Positions 54,413-63,870 of a stretch of 64,000 nt of DNA are shown here, one piece after another (positions within the stretch are counted from its first letter, which is position 1; every line of letters starts with the position of its first letter). The DNA is from an uncultured Bacteroidota bacterium. GTDB taxonomy: Bacteria > Bacteroidota > Ignavibacteria > Kryptoniales > JAKASW01. The notes beneath the pieces are model-generated. The model searched no databases. It saw only the letters and a program-made list of their open reading frames with translations, and was not told the DNA's origin. Where the stretch lies: the NCBI GenBank assembly GCA_963703215.1, contig OY969800.1, forward strand, positions 3,225,483 to 3,289,482. Reading direction: 5' to 3'. The translations under genes and the position numbers were made by a program.

Positions 54413-54928
54413 TTATTGATTATAAGTTTTTCCAGATTTTTCGTAAAGCTCCAATGCCAAAGCAGCAGAAATGGTTTGGTCTATGTTACTACGGCACACC
54501 TCCAAAGCAAGCTTCGAGGGGCCAAGATTCTTGTTACGGTCATTTAGAGAATGAAGATCCAATAGGCTAGTCTTTGGCTGCGTAGAATCACCGCTACCCA
54601 AGATCGATAGACGGATTTGATGGATAAGCTTCACTATTATTTCATTGTTTGGCATTGCTCCCGCTCGAAACTCCAGCTGACTTATTTCCCGGTTCAATTC
54701 GTTGTATGTCTGTTGGTGTTTTGCAAGCGCAGCGTCAGCGGTCCCTGACGTTTGTAAAAGCGTGTCAATGAAACTTAACGCGTATTGATGAAGCAACGTC
54801 AGGTTTGTGTCTGTGACCTCGTCATATGGCGAAATCCATGTTATGGTGCAACTCTGCAATGAGGCTGCGATGAACATAACAGCAAATCCAACGTACAAAT
54901 AATTGAATCTCAAGTTTTTCACTTTCAT
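54413..54928 (-). CDS. hypothetical lipoprotein
   Basis: 171 aa. Signal peptide plus lipobox (FIAASLQSC). The remainder is helical. No family recognised. Confidence 0.55.
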   Translation of the reverse strand: MKVKNLRFNYLYVGFAVMFIAASLQSCTITWISPYDEVTDTNLTLLHQYALSFIDTLLQTSGTADAALAKHQQTYNELNREISQLEFRAGAMPNNEIIVKLIHQIRLSILGSGDSTQPKTSLLDLHSLNDRNKNLGPSKLALEVCRSNIDQTISAALALELYEKSGKTYNQ

Positions 54929-55002
54929 GGTTTCTCCTTTTCTTTTTGCCTACTCTTTTCTGGATTTTCGGCTTCCTCCGTTCACTTAGAATTACATCCT
55001 CT

Positions 55003-55959
55003 TTATGTTTCCTTGCCAGGCTTCGGTCCAGTCCCTCTCAACTGTACCAGCTTGCTTAGCAGATCAAACCAGAATGGCGCACCCAGAGAGACAGCTAGCG
55101 CCGTGACCAGCCAGCCCAGAACATTCAACGGCCAATGCCTTGAGTCCATGTGATTCGCCGTCGCGCTGGAGCTCCATCCAAGGCCGAGGAGGTGATTCGA
55201 TTGGCTAATGTCGTTCTTGTAAAGATTCGTGGCGTAAACTACAAGAGAATCCTGTGTTGAGGCAGATACGGCCTTTGAAGAATCTGTCTTTACCAATGTC
55301 TGCGGGTGGCTCTGCAAGTAACTAGATGCCATCTGGGCAAGCTCCTGCCTTGCGGCTTTGTCTTGCATAAGATGGCTTGCAATGGAGAAAGTGCTCGCAT
55401 TAAATGCGACAGCGACAGCAGCACCTATGACTAGCGAGATCCACTGAGCCTGCCTCTTGTACCAGCCCGACGCGCGATCCATCATGTCGTTAAACCACTG
55501 CTCGATCAGCGCACGAAACTTCACCACATCGTTGTTCGCCTCCTCGAGGAATGACTGAAGCAAACGAGATGTTTCGCTCTGTGAGTTGGAATCGAGAGCC
55601 TGAATACCGGACAATATCGCCTGCGGAGTAAGCATCCCGGCAGCATTGGCGGCAGTCTTAATGCTTTCGGCGAGAGCCTTGGAAAAATCCTGGGGAGAGA
55701 TGTATGATGGCGTCCTGCTGCCATCCTCGCTCATATACCTGATTATCGGATGCTCAAAGAATGACGCGAACAATTTGTCTGATAACGGCGAGTTCGGATC
55801 ATCATCTGTGAGCATTCGTCTGATCGCCTGCTCCAGCATCTTTCCCCTCAACCCCAGGAACGATGCAATTATTTCATTGACGATCGTTGTGAACAGGCTG
55901 TAAAGACAGTAGACAAACACCAGCCCGATTGCGATATCAAGAATTGTTGAGCCAAACAT
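55003..55959 (-). CDS. hypothetical membrane protein (N-terminal TM, central soluble helical region, C-terminal TM pair)
   Basis: 318 aa. MFGSTILDIAIGLVFVYCLYSLFTTIVNEIIASFLGLRGKML... and the C-terminal LGAPFWFDLLSKLVQLRGTGPKP look like a widespread uncharacterised membrane-protein architecture. No name known to me. Confidence 0.55.
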   Translation of the reverse strand: MFGSTILDIAIGLVFVYCLYSLFTTIVNEIIASFLGLRGKMLEQAIRRMLTDDDPNSPLSDKLFASFFEHPIIRYMSEDGSRTPSYISPQDFSKALAESIKTAANAAGMLTPQAILSGIQALDSNSQSETSRLLQSFLEEANNDVVKFRALIEQWFNDMMDRASGWYKRQAQWISLVIGAAVAVAFNASTFSIASHLMQDKAARQELAQMASSYLQSHPQTLVKTDSSKAVSASTQDSLVVYATNLYKNDISQSNHLLGLGWSSSATANHMDSRHWPLNVLGWLVTALAVSLGAPFWFDLLSKLVQLRGTGPKPGKET

Positions 55960-56357
55960 GATCTCCTCCTCCTATAGATTTGGTTTAAGCTATTTACAAA
56001 ATGACTTCATCTTCGATTACTTACCGTGGTCACAAGTATGCACGGCTCAAAAACCGAGCCTGTCCTTGCCGTCCTTATCTATTTCCATAACAAAGAATGC
56101 CGCACATCAAACACACGCAATGAATACGTAAGCTCTTATCTTAGTCCGCCAAATACAGAGTTTCGATATTATTTAATAGTCTTTTTGTCAATGAATCAGG
56201 AGGAAAAGGTTAAATCCTCCTATTACCCTTCTTTGTTAATCGCTCTCCATCCGTTCCGCAGGAGACCTTATACCCATTTCAGATGGAATGAGAAAAATAT
56301 ACACGGCGCCTTATTTAATGTCAAGAAGATAATGGGAAAAGAGCCGAGTTACTTTAA

Positions 56358-57170
56358 CTAATTCTTCTTCCGAGAAGGCACCGATGGAGGTGTTGTACCT
56401 TGTTCTATCTTCTTACTCTTCTCCCACAGCTCGTTCATCTGATCCAGTGTCGCATCGTGGAGCGAAATATCTTTCCCCGCTAACTCGCTTTCGACAAAAA
56501 GAAACCTATTCTGGAATTTCTCCGTTGCGCAGCGCAGCGCACTTTCAGGATGGACGCCGATATGCCTTGCATAATTCACGAGCGAAAAAAGGAGATCGCC
56601 GAACTCTTCTTCAATCTTATCATGGTCGCTGTTCTTCACTTCTACTCTAAGCTCTTCGACTTCTTCAGCGACTTTCGGCAGTACTTCCTCGGCACTCCCC
56701 CAATCGAATCCGACTTTTGCAGCCCTGTCCTGGATTTTAAACGCGCGAGCAAGTGCGGGAAACGCTGTCGGGATTCCATCGAAGATCGATTCTCGACCGG
56801 CGTCAGTTTTGATTTTCTCCCAATTTATCTTCACCTGCTCGGGTGTATCAGCATCGACATTCCCGAAAACATGCGGATGACGGACGATCATCTTCTTTGT
56901 CTCATCTTTCACAACCTCCGCAAGCGTAAACCTTCCCTCGTCTTCTGCTATCTGCGCATGGAGCAAAACATTCAGAAGAATATCTCCAAGCTCGCTTTTT
57001 ACTTCTGCCCAGTTCCCCTGATCTATCGCCTCGGCAAGCTCGTACACTTCTTCAATCGTGTAATGCCGGATGGAACGGTTAGTTTGTATCTTGTCCCATG
57101 GACATTCTTTCCGCAGCCTTCTAACGACATCTACGAATTCCTGCAAAGCATCTTCTTCTATTTTTGTCAT
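56358..57170 (-). CDS. mazG: nucleoside triphosphate pyrophosphohydrolase MazG (tandem MazG domains)
   Basis: 270 aa. CPWDKIQTNRSIRHYTIEEVYELAEAI, and ELGDILLNVL / EFGDLLFSLVNYA (ExxE-type motifs) in two repeats. Confidence 0.9.
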   Translation of the reverse strand: MTKIEEDALQEFVDVVRRLRKECPWDKIQTNRSIRHYTIEEVYELAEAIDQGNWAEVKSELGDILLNVLLHAQIAEDEGRFTLAEVVKDETKKMIVRHPHVFGNVDADTPEQVKINWEKIKTDAGRESIFDGIPTAFPALARAFKIQDRAAKVGFDWGSAEEVLPKVAEEVEELRVEVKNSDHDKIEEEFGDLLFSLVNYARHIGVHPESALRCATEKFQNRFLFVESELAGKDISLHDATLDQMNELWEKSKKIEQGTTPPSVPSRKKN

Positions 57171-58228
57171 TGCATTGCTCTTTTCTCTGTTCGCAAAACT
57201 AGTTTTACAGCGTCAAACACTTCTTCCGGTGTTATTGCTTTCATACAGCGCAAATAATCTTCACCCTTCATTTCACAAAAATCCCGATGGCAGCATGGAA
57301 CATCTTTATGCAGCGCAACGTGACCGAGATTCTTCTCGTATGGAAACCAGATGTCAGGCTCGCCAGGTCCGAAGATTCCAATTGTCGGAGTGCCAACCGC
57401 AGCGGAGATGTGCATCGGAGCAGCGTCGTTTGAGACATAAACATTACACTGTGAAATAATCGCCGCAAGCTTTCTCAATTCCTGCGGCTCGACACGAATG
57501 AACTTGGCCTTGATCGCTGAGGAGAACTTTTCAAGATACGATAAATCCTTCGGCCCATATGTCACCAAGACTTGTCCCTCCGACTTGTCGACAACCATGT
57601 CTCCAAGTTGAGCAAAAAATTCCGGCAGCCACACTTTCGCCGGCCAGGTCGCACCGATGTGCATGCCAACCATCGGTTTCGCGTGGTCAACTCTCAGAAA
57701 CGATAGAAATCTTTTTGCATCATCAATCTCTTCGTTCGTCAGAAATATTTTAGGCGAACGAGAAGTTTCATTTATTCCAAGCGGCGCAAGATATCTCAGA
57801 TGAAAGTCGATAGAAGTCATTCGTTCATCTATTGTGATTGGATGAGTAAACAATCTTCGGCGCCAGCCAAAACTCCCTCCGATTCTCATCTTTGCACCCG
57901 ACAGAAACACGACAATCGCGCTCCTCGGATTTCCGAATAGATCTATTGCAACATCATATTTCTTCTTCCGAAGAATAGATGCAATTCGAATCTGCTCTCG
58001 CATCTCGTTCGCCAAAAAGTCGTACGGGATTATCTCGTTCAGGCTCGGATTGTTCTGAAGAAGAGAGACTCCCTTCTTATCGCCCAAATAATCCATTACC
58101 GCATCCGGGAATTTTTCCCGAAGAGCTTGAACCACGGGAATTGTAAGAACGATGTCGCCAATAAACCTAAGGCGGCTCACAAGAATCTTCAATAGGGGGT
58201 CCGCCATTGATTGACGTAATAATCCCAA
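57167..58228 (-). CDS. glycosyltransferase family 9 (LPS heptosyltransferase)
   Basis: 353 aa. ILVSRLRFIGDIVLTIPV, and C-terminal YVSNDAAPMHISAAVGTPTIGIFGP typical of RfaC/RfaF-type enzymes. Heptose-activation genes lie at 36.3-37.8 kb. Confidence 0.85.
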   Translation of the reverse strand: MGLLRQSMADPLLKILVSRLRFIGDIVLTIPVVQALREKFPDAVMDYLGDKKGVSLLQNNPSLNEIIPYDFLANEMREQIRIASILRKKKYDVAIDLFGNPRSAIVVFLSGAKMRIGGSFGWRRRLFTHPITIDERMTSIDFHLRYLAPLGINETSRSPKIFLTNEEIDDAKRFLSFLRVDHAKPMVGMHIGATWPAKVWLPEFFAQLGDMVVDKSEGQVLVTYGPKDLSYLEKFSSAIKAKFIRVEPQELRKLAAIISQCNVYVSNDAAPMHISAAVGTPTIGIFGPGEPDIWFPYEKNLGHVALHKDVPCCHRDFCEMKGEDYLRCMKAITPEEVFDAVKLVLRTEKRAMQ

Positions 58229-59700
58229 AGGTCGGCATTTGAATTGACCTGTTGTACCCTGTAGAATCTGTCCTCGATATTCAAGGTCTCATTTGCGAGT
58301 CTAAAGTCGATGGCCATCGATGCTTGGGTTGATGATTGATAGTAAGTCCACTTTTCATCCCACTCCCCTTCGCAATCGACGTTGTCGGGCGAACCGCAAA
58401 CGATGTAATACATACCCATCGGGGTTCTCCAGCCTTCGAGGCAGCTGGTAAAAAACTGATTGGCCTGACTTACTCTCTGATAATACTGTGCCATCTTAGC
58501 GAGTCCGCCATGTTCTTTCCAGAATCCGATGAGGTTCGCTTTTATCGATGAATCCGTTCGCCCGGCGACTATGTTTTTGACTTCGTTGATCGCCGCAATA
58601 TAGTTCAGAGAACTTACCATGGCTCCCAGGTTATTTGAAACATCGGGGAAATCTTTATTGTGCACCTGAAATTGTAAAGTCGATACCGAAGAATTAACGG
58701 AATCGTCCTTCACTTCAACCGTGAGGAGATAATTTCCCGGCGGTGGTTTCGGTATATTCCCGAACACAAACGAAATCCCTTCCTTGAAGCCTGATGCCAT
58801 GGAATGTTTATAAACCAAAATCGTGTCGATGTCATTTTCGCACGGATTGTACGCCAGCGGCTGGTACACATTCATCTGGTCACTGAATGTATGCATGTTC
58901 GTCTCTTTGCTCTGGATCTTATAAACATCGAAAGAGAGGGAGTCGTCCGAAGACCTTTTGGATGATAAGACGGTGAAAAATCTTAAAGTGTCCGGGAGAA
59001 GGCCAGCATTAGACAAAATAAAAGGAGTAATTCTTCTTGTCCCTCCGCTTGTGTCATATCTCGCAAGGAACATGATTCCGCTAAGAACAAGTGGCTTGCT
59101 GAATATCTCGGGAATACTAATCGTGTATGCTCTAACCGACTTTGCTCTGCTCTCGTCGTCGGTGATGCTGATTTGAAGAGTATGTTCCCCTCCACTAACC
59201 GGGAAGGAGACTAGAAATGCGTCATACGAATTCTGTTCGGATGTAGGGTAGCTATCCCGAACAATCTTGCGGTCCATCTCCCTTGAAAGGGGAATTTGTC
59301 CGGATAGGTGCAGTGAGCAAGTATAAGCTGCCACAAACGAAGTGCCTTCCCTGTCGAATCTTAACTTTGCTTCCCTTACACTTACATACACATCCAATCG
59401 TTGGCCGGAAGAATCAGGGGACCAGATTAATTGAGCATCAAAATCAGGCAGTGCCCCTCTTATGTTAACATAATCATAATAGCACTGATATAATGGCGTC
59501 GATTCAGTCTGATTGCTCGAGCTGCATCCAAAAAGGAAAAATCCAACCGCCATGACAGCAAACACTCGCAAAGTTGCGTTTCCAAAGCCGCGATCTTCTT
59601 TGCGCACCATAGCGGTCTCTCCGGTAAGACTTGATCTCGCGCGATCCTCGCTCATGCTTTTAAAAGTCGTCGCTCTCGACACGTTCAATATCGGCACCAA
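58189..59700 (-). CDS. GWxTD domain-containing protein
   Basis: 503 aa. EGWRTPMGMYYIVCGSPDNV contains the GWxTD signature. N-terminal signal/lipoprotein-like region (FLFGCSS). Confidence 0.75.
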   Translation of the reverse strand: MVPILNVSRATTFKSMSEDRARSSLTGETAMVRKEDRGFGNATLRVFAVMAVGFFLFGCSSSNQTESTPLYQCYYDYVNIRGALPDFDAQLIWSPDSSGQRLDVYVSVREAKLRFDREGTSFVAAYTCSLHLSGQIPLSREMDRKIVRDSYPTSEQNSYDAFLVSFPVSGGEHTLQISITDDESRAKSVRAYTISIPEIFSKPLVLSGIMFLARYDTSGGTRRITPFILSNAGLLPDTLRFFTVLSSKRSSDDSLSFDVYKIQSKETNMHTFSDQMNVYQPLAYNPCENDIDTILVYKHSMASGFKEGISFVFGNIPKPPPGNYLLTVEVKDDSVNSSVSTLQFQVHNKDFPDVSNNLGAMVSSLNYIAAINEVKNIVAGRTDSSIKANLIGFWKEHGGLAKMAQYYQRVSQANQFFTSCLEGWRTPMGMYYIVCGSPDNVDCEGEWDEKWTYYQSSTQASMAIDFRLANETLNIEDRFYRVQQVNSNADLWDYYVNQWRTPY

Positions 59701-60922
59701 GTCCTTTCAGTTTCTTCTCGATATGCTCATAACCCCTATCGACATGGTAAACACGGAGAACTTCAGTGGTTCCTTCTGCCACCAATCCCGCAAGAAGCAA
59801 AGATGCGCTCGCACGCAGGTCTGTCGACATAACCTTTGCTCCCTTTAGTGACTTAACGCCTTTCACGACGGCAACGTTCTCCTTGACCTCGATGTCCGCG
59901 CCGAGCCTCACAAGCTCCGGTACATGCTTGAAGCGGTCGAAATAAATTGTTTCCGTTATGATTGAAGATCCATTTGCGCATGCCATCATGGCGATCCATT
60001 GGGCCTGAAGATCGGTCGGAAATCCGGGGTATGGTGCCGTTGATACATCGACAGGATTGATCCGGCCTCGTCCCTCTATCGCGATCGAATCCGCCGAGAC
60101 GTTTACCTTCGCACCAGCTTGTTCAAGCTTGGAAATTACCGACGAAAGATGATCTGCTCGAGAATTCTTGAGAATCACACTTCCTCCCGCCATCGCACCG
60201 GCGATCAAGAATGTGCTTGCCTCAATGCGATCGGGGATATTCGTGAAGTCGGTGGGATGGAGGTCCTCGACACCTTCAACGGTGACCGTGGGCGTTCCAA
60301 TTCCTTCGATGTGCGCACCCATCTTAACTAGAAATTCACCGAGTGCCACGACTTCCGGCTCGAGAGCCGCATTTCCAATGACAGTAGTTCCTTTTGCCAA
60401 TGTCGCCGCCATCATCACGTTGACAGTTGCCCCCACGCTTGGCAAATCAAAATCTATTCGGGCACCGGTCAACCTCTTTGCTTTTGCAACCACATAGCCG
60501 GAGTCGAGTTCGATTTCTGCACCGAGCTTCTCCATCCCCTCGATATGCAGATTCACCGGGCGCGGTCCCCACGCGCAGCCTCCTGGCAATGAGACTTTCG
60601 CGTAACCGTATCTGCTCAAGAGCGGCCCCAGCACATAAAACGACGCCCGCATCTTTTTCACAAGCTCATACGGTGCTTCAAAAGTGTTGACTCCAGTTGT
60701 GTCTAGAGTCTGCAGCTTACCATCCAACGTCGTCTTCACGCCGAGCTCATTCATAAGCTGGGACATGGTCGCAACATCTTTAAGATCTGGAGTGTTATAT
60801 ATTTTGAATACGCCCTTCGCAAGAAGCGATGCCGGCATGAGTGCCAGTGAAGCATTTTTTGCCCCGCTGATCTCCACTTTGCCGGAGAGTTTCTTACCGC
60901 CTTTAATCATGAATTTATACAT
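59660..60922 (-). CDS. murA: UDP-N-acetylglucosamine 1-carboxyvinyltransferase
   Basis: 420 aa. ISGAKNASLALMPASLLA, the active-site loop LPGGCAWGPRPVNLH, and overall MurA pattern. Confidence 0.95.
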   Translation of the reverse strand: MYKFMIKGGKKLSGKVEISGAKNASLALMPASLLAKGVFKIYNTPDLKDVATMSQLMNELGVKTTLDGKLQTLDTTGVNTFEAPYELVKKMRASFYVLGPLLSRYGYAKVSLPGGCAWGPRPVNLHIEGMEKLGAEIELDSGYVVAKAKRLTGARIDFDLPSVGATVNVMMAATLAKGTTVIGNAALEPEVVALGEFLVKMGAHIEGIGTPTVTVEGVEDLHPTDFTNIPDRIEASTFLIAGAMAGGSVILKNSRADHLSSVISKLEQAGAKVNVSADSIAIEGRGRINPVDVSTAPYPGFPTDLQAQWIAMMACANGSSIITETIYFDRFKHVPELVRLGADIEVKENVAVVKGVKSLKGAKVMSTDLRASASLLLAGLVAEGTTEVLRVYHVDRGYEHIEKKLKGLGADIERVESDDF

Positions 60923-60983
60923 ACTTCGCTACGCTGTGGGTTTTGGGATTCTGGACGCCTAATTCAACTGTGGACTTTAAAAA

Positions 60984-61862
60984 TTATGTCAATCCTTCCT
61001 TAATGTACCGACTGGTTGCGATCATTGTCGAAAAGAGCCCGAGCAACGACGCTATCCCGACGATCGCGCCGAAAAATTCGAGAGGCGGCGATGAGTAAAT
61101 CACAATGTTCTCCTGGATTAGGAGCATGATGGCTTTTATCAAACCATAGATTATTCCGGCGGCAAGAAGTCCTCCAGTAAATCCCTGAATCACTCCACCG
61201 AGGAGAAATGGCAGCCTCACAAAACCCCTCGAAGCGCCAACCAGCTTCATCGCCTCAATGATCCTCTTTTTATGAGAAATTGCAAGACGCATGGAATTGT
61301 AAACCAGGAAAATCGAGAGCAGCACTAGCGCCCCGCCGAAACCACTCAACACTTCGTAAAACAACTTCACTCTCTTATCAATCAACGTCAGCAGGATTTT
61401 CCTGTATGTAACCGATTCGACTCCCTCCATCTTTTCTAACTTTCCGGCTATTACTCCAACGTCATGTGAATTTTTGTTTTCGTCTCGGATGTAGATTTTG
61501 AACGACGCTGGCAGCGGATTAAATTCCAAAACGGAGTCGATGTCCTCCCCGAAATCTCTTCTAAAAATTTCCGCAGCATTATCTTTGCTCACAAACTGAA
61601 CGCTTCTGATTCCTCTCGTCGCCATCAATTGCCTTTTCAATCCTTGCACATCGTCGGCGGAAAGCGAATCGGACAAGAAGGCTTCGATCTCGACTTTTCC
61701 CCTTATGTAATCAAGAAACTTCTCTGCCTGTTTCGAACTCAGGTAGAAACTTCCGAGGAGAGTGAATGCTAGTGTTACCATAAGGATGGAAAAAAACGCA
61801 CTCAGCTTCGCGCGACCGAGACCGCTGAATGCCTCCCTCAAAAGGAACCAGAATCTGCTCAA
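60984..61862 (-). CDS. ftsX: cell division permease-like protein FtsX
   Basis: 292 aa. N-terminal TM, periplasmic domain, and three C-terminal TMs with MKLVGASRGFVRLPFLLGG typical of FtsX. Confidence 0.8.
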   Translation of the reverse strand: MSRFWFLLREAFSGLGRAKLSAFFSILMVTLAFTLLGSFYLSSKQAEKFLDYIRGKVEIEAFLSDSLSADDVQGLKRQLMATRGIRSVQFVSKDNAAEIFRRDFGEDIDSVLEFNPLPASFKIYIRDENKNSHDVGVIAGKLEKMEGVESVTYRKILLTLIDKRVKLFYEVLSGFGGALVLLSIFLVYNSMRLAISHKKRIIEAMKLVGASRGFVRLPFLLGGVIQGFTGGLLAAGIIYGLIKAIMLLIQENIVIYSSPPLEFFGAIVGIASLLGLFSTMIATSRYIKEGLT

Positions 61863-62692
61863 GGGATCGTTCTCCCTGATTTAAAACTTCCAACCACCTT
61901 CACGTGAGGACAGAGTTCACGAAGATGATTGATCGCATTCGATTCTTTTTCTTCCGAAACGCTTCCTCTAAACTCAATGAAGAATTCATAGTCCCATGGT
62001 TTCCGAACGACAGGGATAGAATCAATCGACAGAATATCTATATCGCGTATCGCAAACACGCTCAGGATCCGATGCAGCTCGCCTGGACGATTCCTGAGAC
62101 CGAATACGACACAGGTCTTGTCGGCATCCGGATGGACGAGGTACTTCTTCGAAATGATCATGAATCTCGTGAAATTGCGTCCGTCGCTTTCAAGATGTCT
62201 CTTAAGAACCACGAGTCCGTAATCTTCTGCCGCTGCTTCGCTGGCTATGGCAGCGATTGTCGGATCGTTATTTTCAGAAACAAACTTGGCGGCGCCAGCT
62301 GTATCATAATACTCGACACGACTCAACTTTCTCTCCCTGATGAACTTTCTGCATTGGAGCAAAGCCTGAGGGTGAGAATAAACCTTTTTGATTGTCGAGA
62401 GATTTGCTCCACGTTTTGCGAGAAGAGAATGAGAAATTCGGAGCCTTATTTCACCAGTGCCATAAACAGCCTCTTCATCAAGGAGGTTAAAGACTTCTCT
62501 TATTCCCCCACCGAGAGTGTTCTCCACCGGCACTATTCCATTATCGACTTTTTCCTTAGCAACTGCATGGATCGCATCACCGAAAGTATTGAATGGAATT
62601 AGTTCAAGATCTTTTCGCTCAAAAAAATGTTTCGCCGCAATCTCGCTGTATGCGCCCTTTTCTCCCTGGAAAGCAACTCGATATTTTTTCAT
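61859..62692 (-). CDS. pheA: prephenate dehydratase
   Basis: 277 aa. PDT domain (VAFQGEKGAYSE...VPVENTLGG...) with a C-terminal ACT domain (TRFMIIS..., ESRP-like region). Confidence 0.9.
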   Translation of the reverse strand: MKKYRVAFQGEKGAYSEIAAKHFFERKDLELIPFNTFGDAIHAVAKEKVDNGIVPVENTLGGGIREVFNLLDEEAVYGTGEIRLRISHSLLAKRGANLSTIKKVYSHPQALLQCRKFIRERKLSRVEYYDTAGAAKFVSENNDPTIAAIASEAAAEDYGLVVLKRHLESDGRNFTRFMIISKKYLVHPDADKTCVVFGLRNRPGELHRILSVFAIRDIDILSIDSIPVVRKPWDYEFFIEFRGSVSEEKESNAINHLRELCPHVKVVGSFKSGRTIP

Positions 62693-62706
62693 CAGCTATT
62701 CGTTTC

Positions 62707-63207
62707 CTAAAAATTTGATTCGTCTCGCCACATTGAAATCTTCCATGGATCTGAAGCAGACGCTCTATCCAATACAAAGTAAGCTTTGCCGGCAACGTCT
62801 TCAATATCGGCCGGGTTGAACGCCACAGTCAAGGTAAATCCCCGCGTGACTACCGAATGAATGTCTGTGGAGTCCACGGAGTATGAATTATCCCAAACCA
62901 GAGTCAGCCCGTTTACAAGCTGGAACATCAGACTCGTCGAACTCATTTCCACATCTCTTCCCCAGGCAACATCCTGAGAATTATCATAATCGCGATAGAC
63001 AAAAGTGAAGCCAGGTCCGATGAGCTGGGAATAAACGCTGGTGTCTCTGAATGTGTATGCATAAATAAAATTTTGAAAAAGACCATCGATGCTCTTTTGA
63101 TCCGCAAGAAAACCGGTGGGGGCGATCTGAGTGGTTGCCAGCTTTGGTGCGAATGGATTAACGCAGCTAAGAAATAAAAACGCGAACAATAGCGACATAC
63201 ATCTCAT
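62707..63207 (-). CDS. hypothetical lipoprotein
   Basis: 166 aa. Lipobox FLFLSC. C-terminal ...GKAYFVLDRASASDPWKISMWRDES parallels the end of the neighbouring lipoprotein gene (paralog). Confidence 0.55.
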   Translation of the reverse strand: MRCMSLLFAFLFLSCVNPFAPKLATTQIAPTGFLADQKSIDGLFQNFIYAYTFRDTSVYSQLIGPGFTFVYRDYDNSQDVAWGRDVEMSSTSLMFQLVNGLTLVWDNSYSVDSTDIHSVVTRGFTLTVAFNPADIEDVAGKAYFVLDRASASDPWKISMWRDESNF

Positions 63208-63422
63208 TGGCTAAACTTCGCTTTTAGAATACTCCATGTTGTTAAGCTGTCCGCAATCTTTAGATCAATCCATCTATAAATGGACCAATTCTGATTACGA
63301 TCAATTCCCAGGAAAAACTGCAATGTCCCTTCCACCTGCTGAGGACTGCCGCTCGTATTGTTCGGCCAGAGAAGCGAGTAGTCGAGCTGTGTACTTGACC
63401 GAATCGCTGCTAAGAGAAACAT
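63204..63422 (-). CDS. hypothetical lipoprotein, C-terminal piece (frameshifted)
   Basis: [11 protein letters not shown]...[23 protein letters not shown] mirrors the C-terminus of the 62707-63207 paralog. It overlaps the upstream piece in a different frame. Confidence 0.5.
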   Translation of the reverse strand: MFLLAAIRSSTQLDYSLLWPNNTSGSPQQVEGTLQFFLGIDRNQNWSIYRWIDLKIADSLTTWSILKAKFSQ

Positions 63423-63870
63423 AATTTTCTGACGAGAGTGTCAACGCCGGACTCGAAGTCGCCGGGGAGCGTACGATGAGGTTGTTAAAATAAGTCCGCT
63501 CAGAATAATTTTTATCCCAATTGACGAATATTTGTTGGTATTGGACATAGACATCGGACGGCGGCACGAATGAAAAATTCCTTCCGCCAAAGCCTGTGTC
63601 TGACAGACAAGACAGATAGTTCTCTACGCTCTTTTCCGCAATTGCGTTTTTCAAATTTTGTATCACAATATCAGGCGAAGTGGGCGGGACGTAATTTGAC
63701 TGTCCCTGCTGGGGCGGTTGAGGCGTCCGTGTTTGAAAAATATTGCATCCATAAACGAAGATAACAAGGAAAATGCTTAATGTTAAGAACTGACATTTTG
63801 ATTTTGCGAAAGCACGCTTTGTTAATTTAAGAATTGAGAATTTAAAATTTAAGATTTCTTTCTTATCCAA
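63301..63870 (-). CDS. hypothetical lipoprotein, N-terminal piece (frameshifted)
   Basis: 189 aa. Lipobox VIFVYGC. After ...SSDSVKYTA the frame yields non-homologous sequence, while the paralog-like continuation lies in the 63204-63422 frame. Confidence 0.5.
   Translation of the reverse strand: MDKKEILNFKFSILKLTKRAFAKSKCQFLTLSIFLVIFVYGCNIFQTRTPQPPQQGQSNYVPPTSPDIVIQNLKNAIAEKSVENYLSCLSDTGFGGRNFSFVPPSDVYVQYQQIFVNWDKNYSERTYFNNLIVRSPATSSPALTLSSENYVSLSSDSVKYTARLLASLAEQYERQSSAGGRDIAVFPGN

Noticed and set aside
56550-57257. 235-aa + strand ORF
   Set aside because: It is antisense to mazG and the start of the GT9 gene. It shows no recognisable motifs and looks like a shadow ORF.
61904-62602. 232-aa + strand ORF
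   Set aside because: It is antisense to pheA (prephenate dehydratase), which is clearly the real gene.
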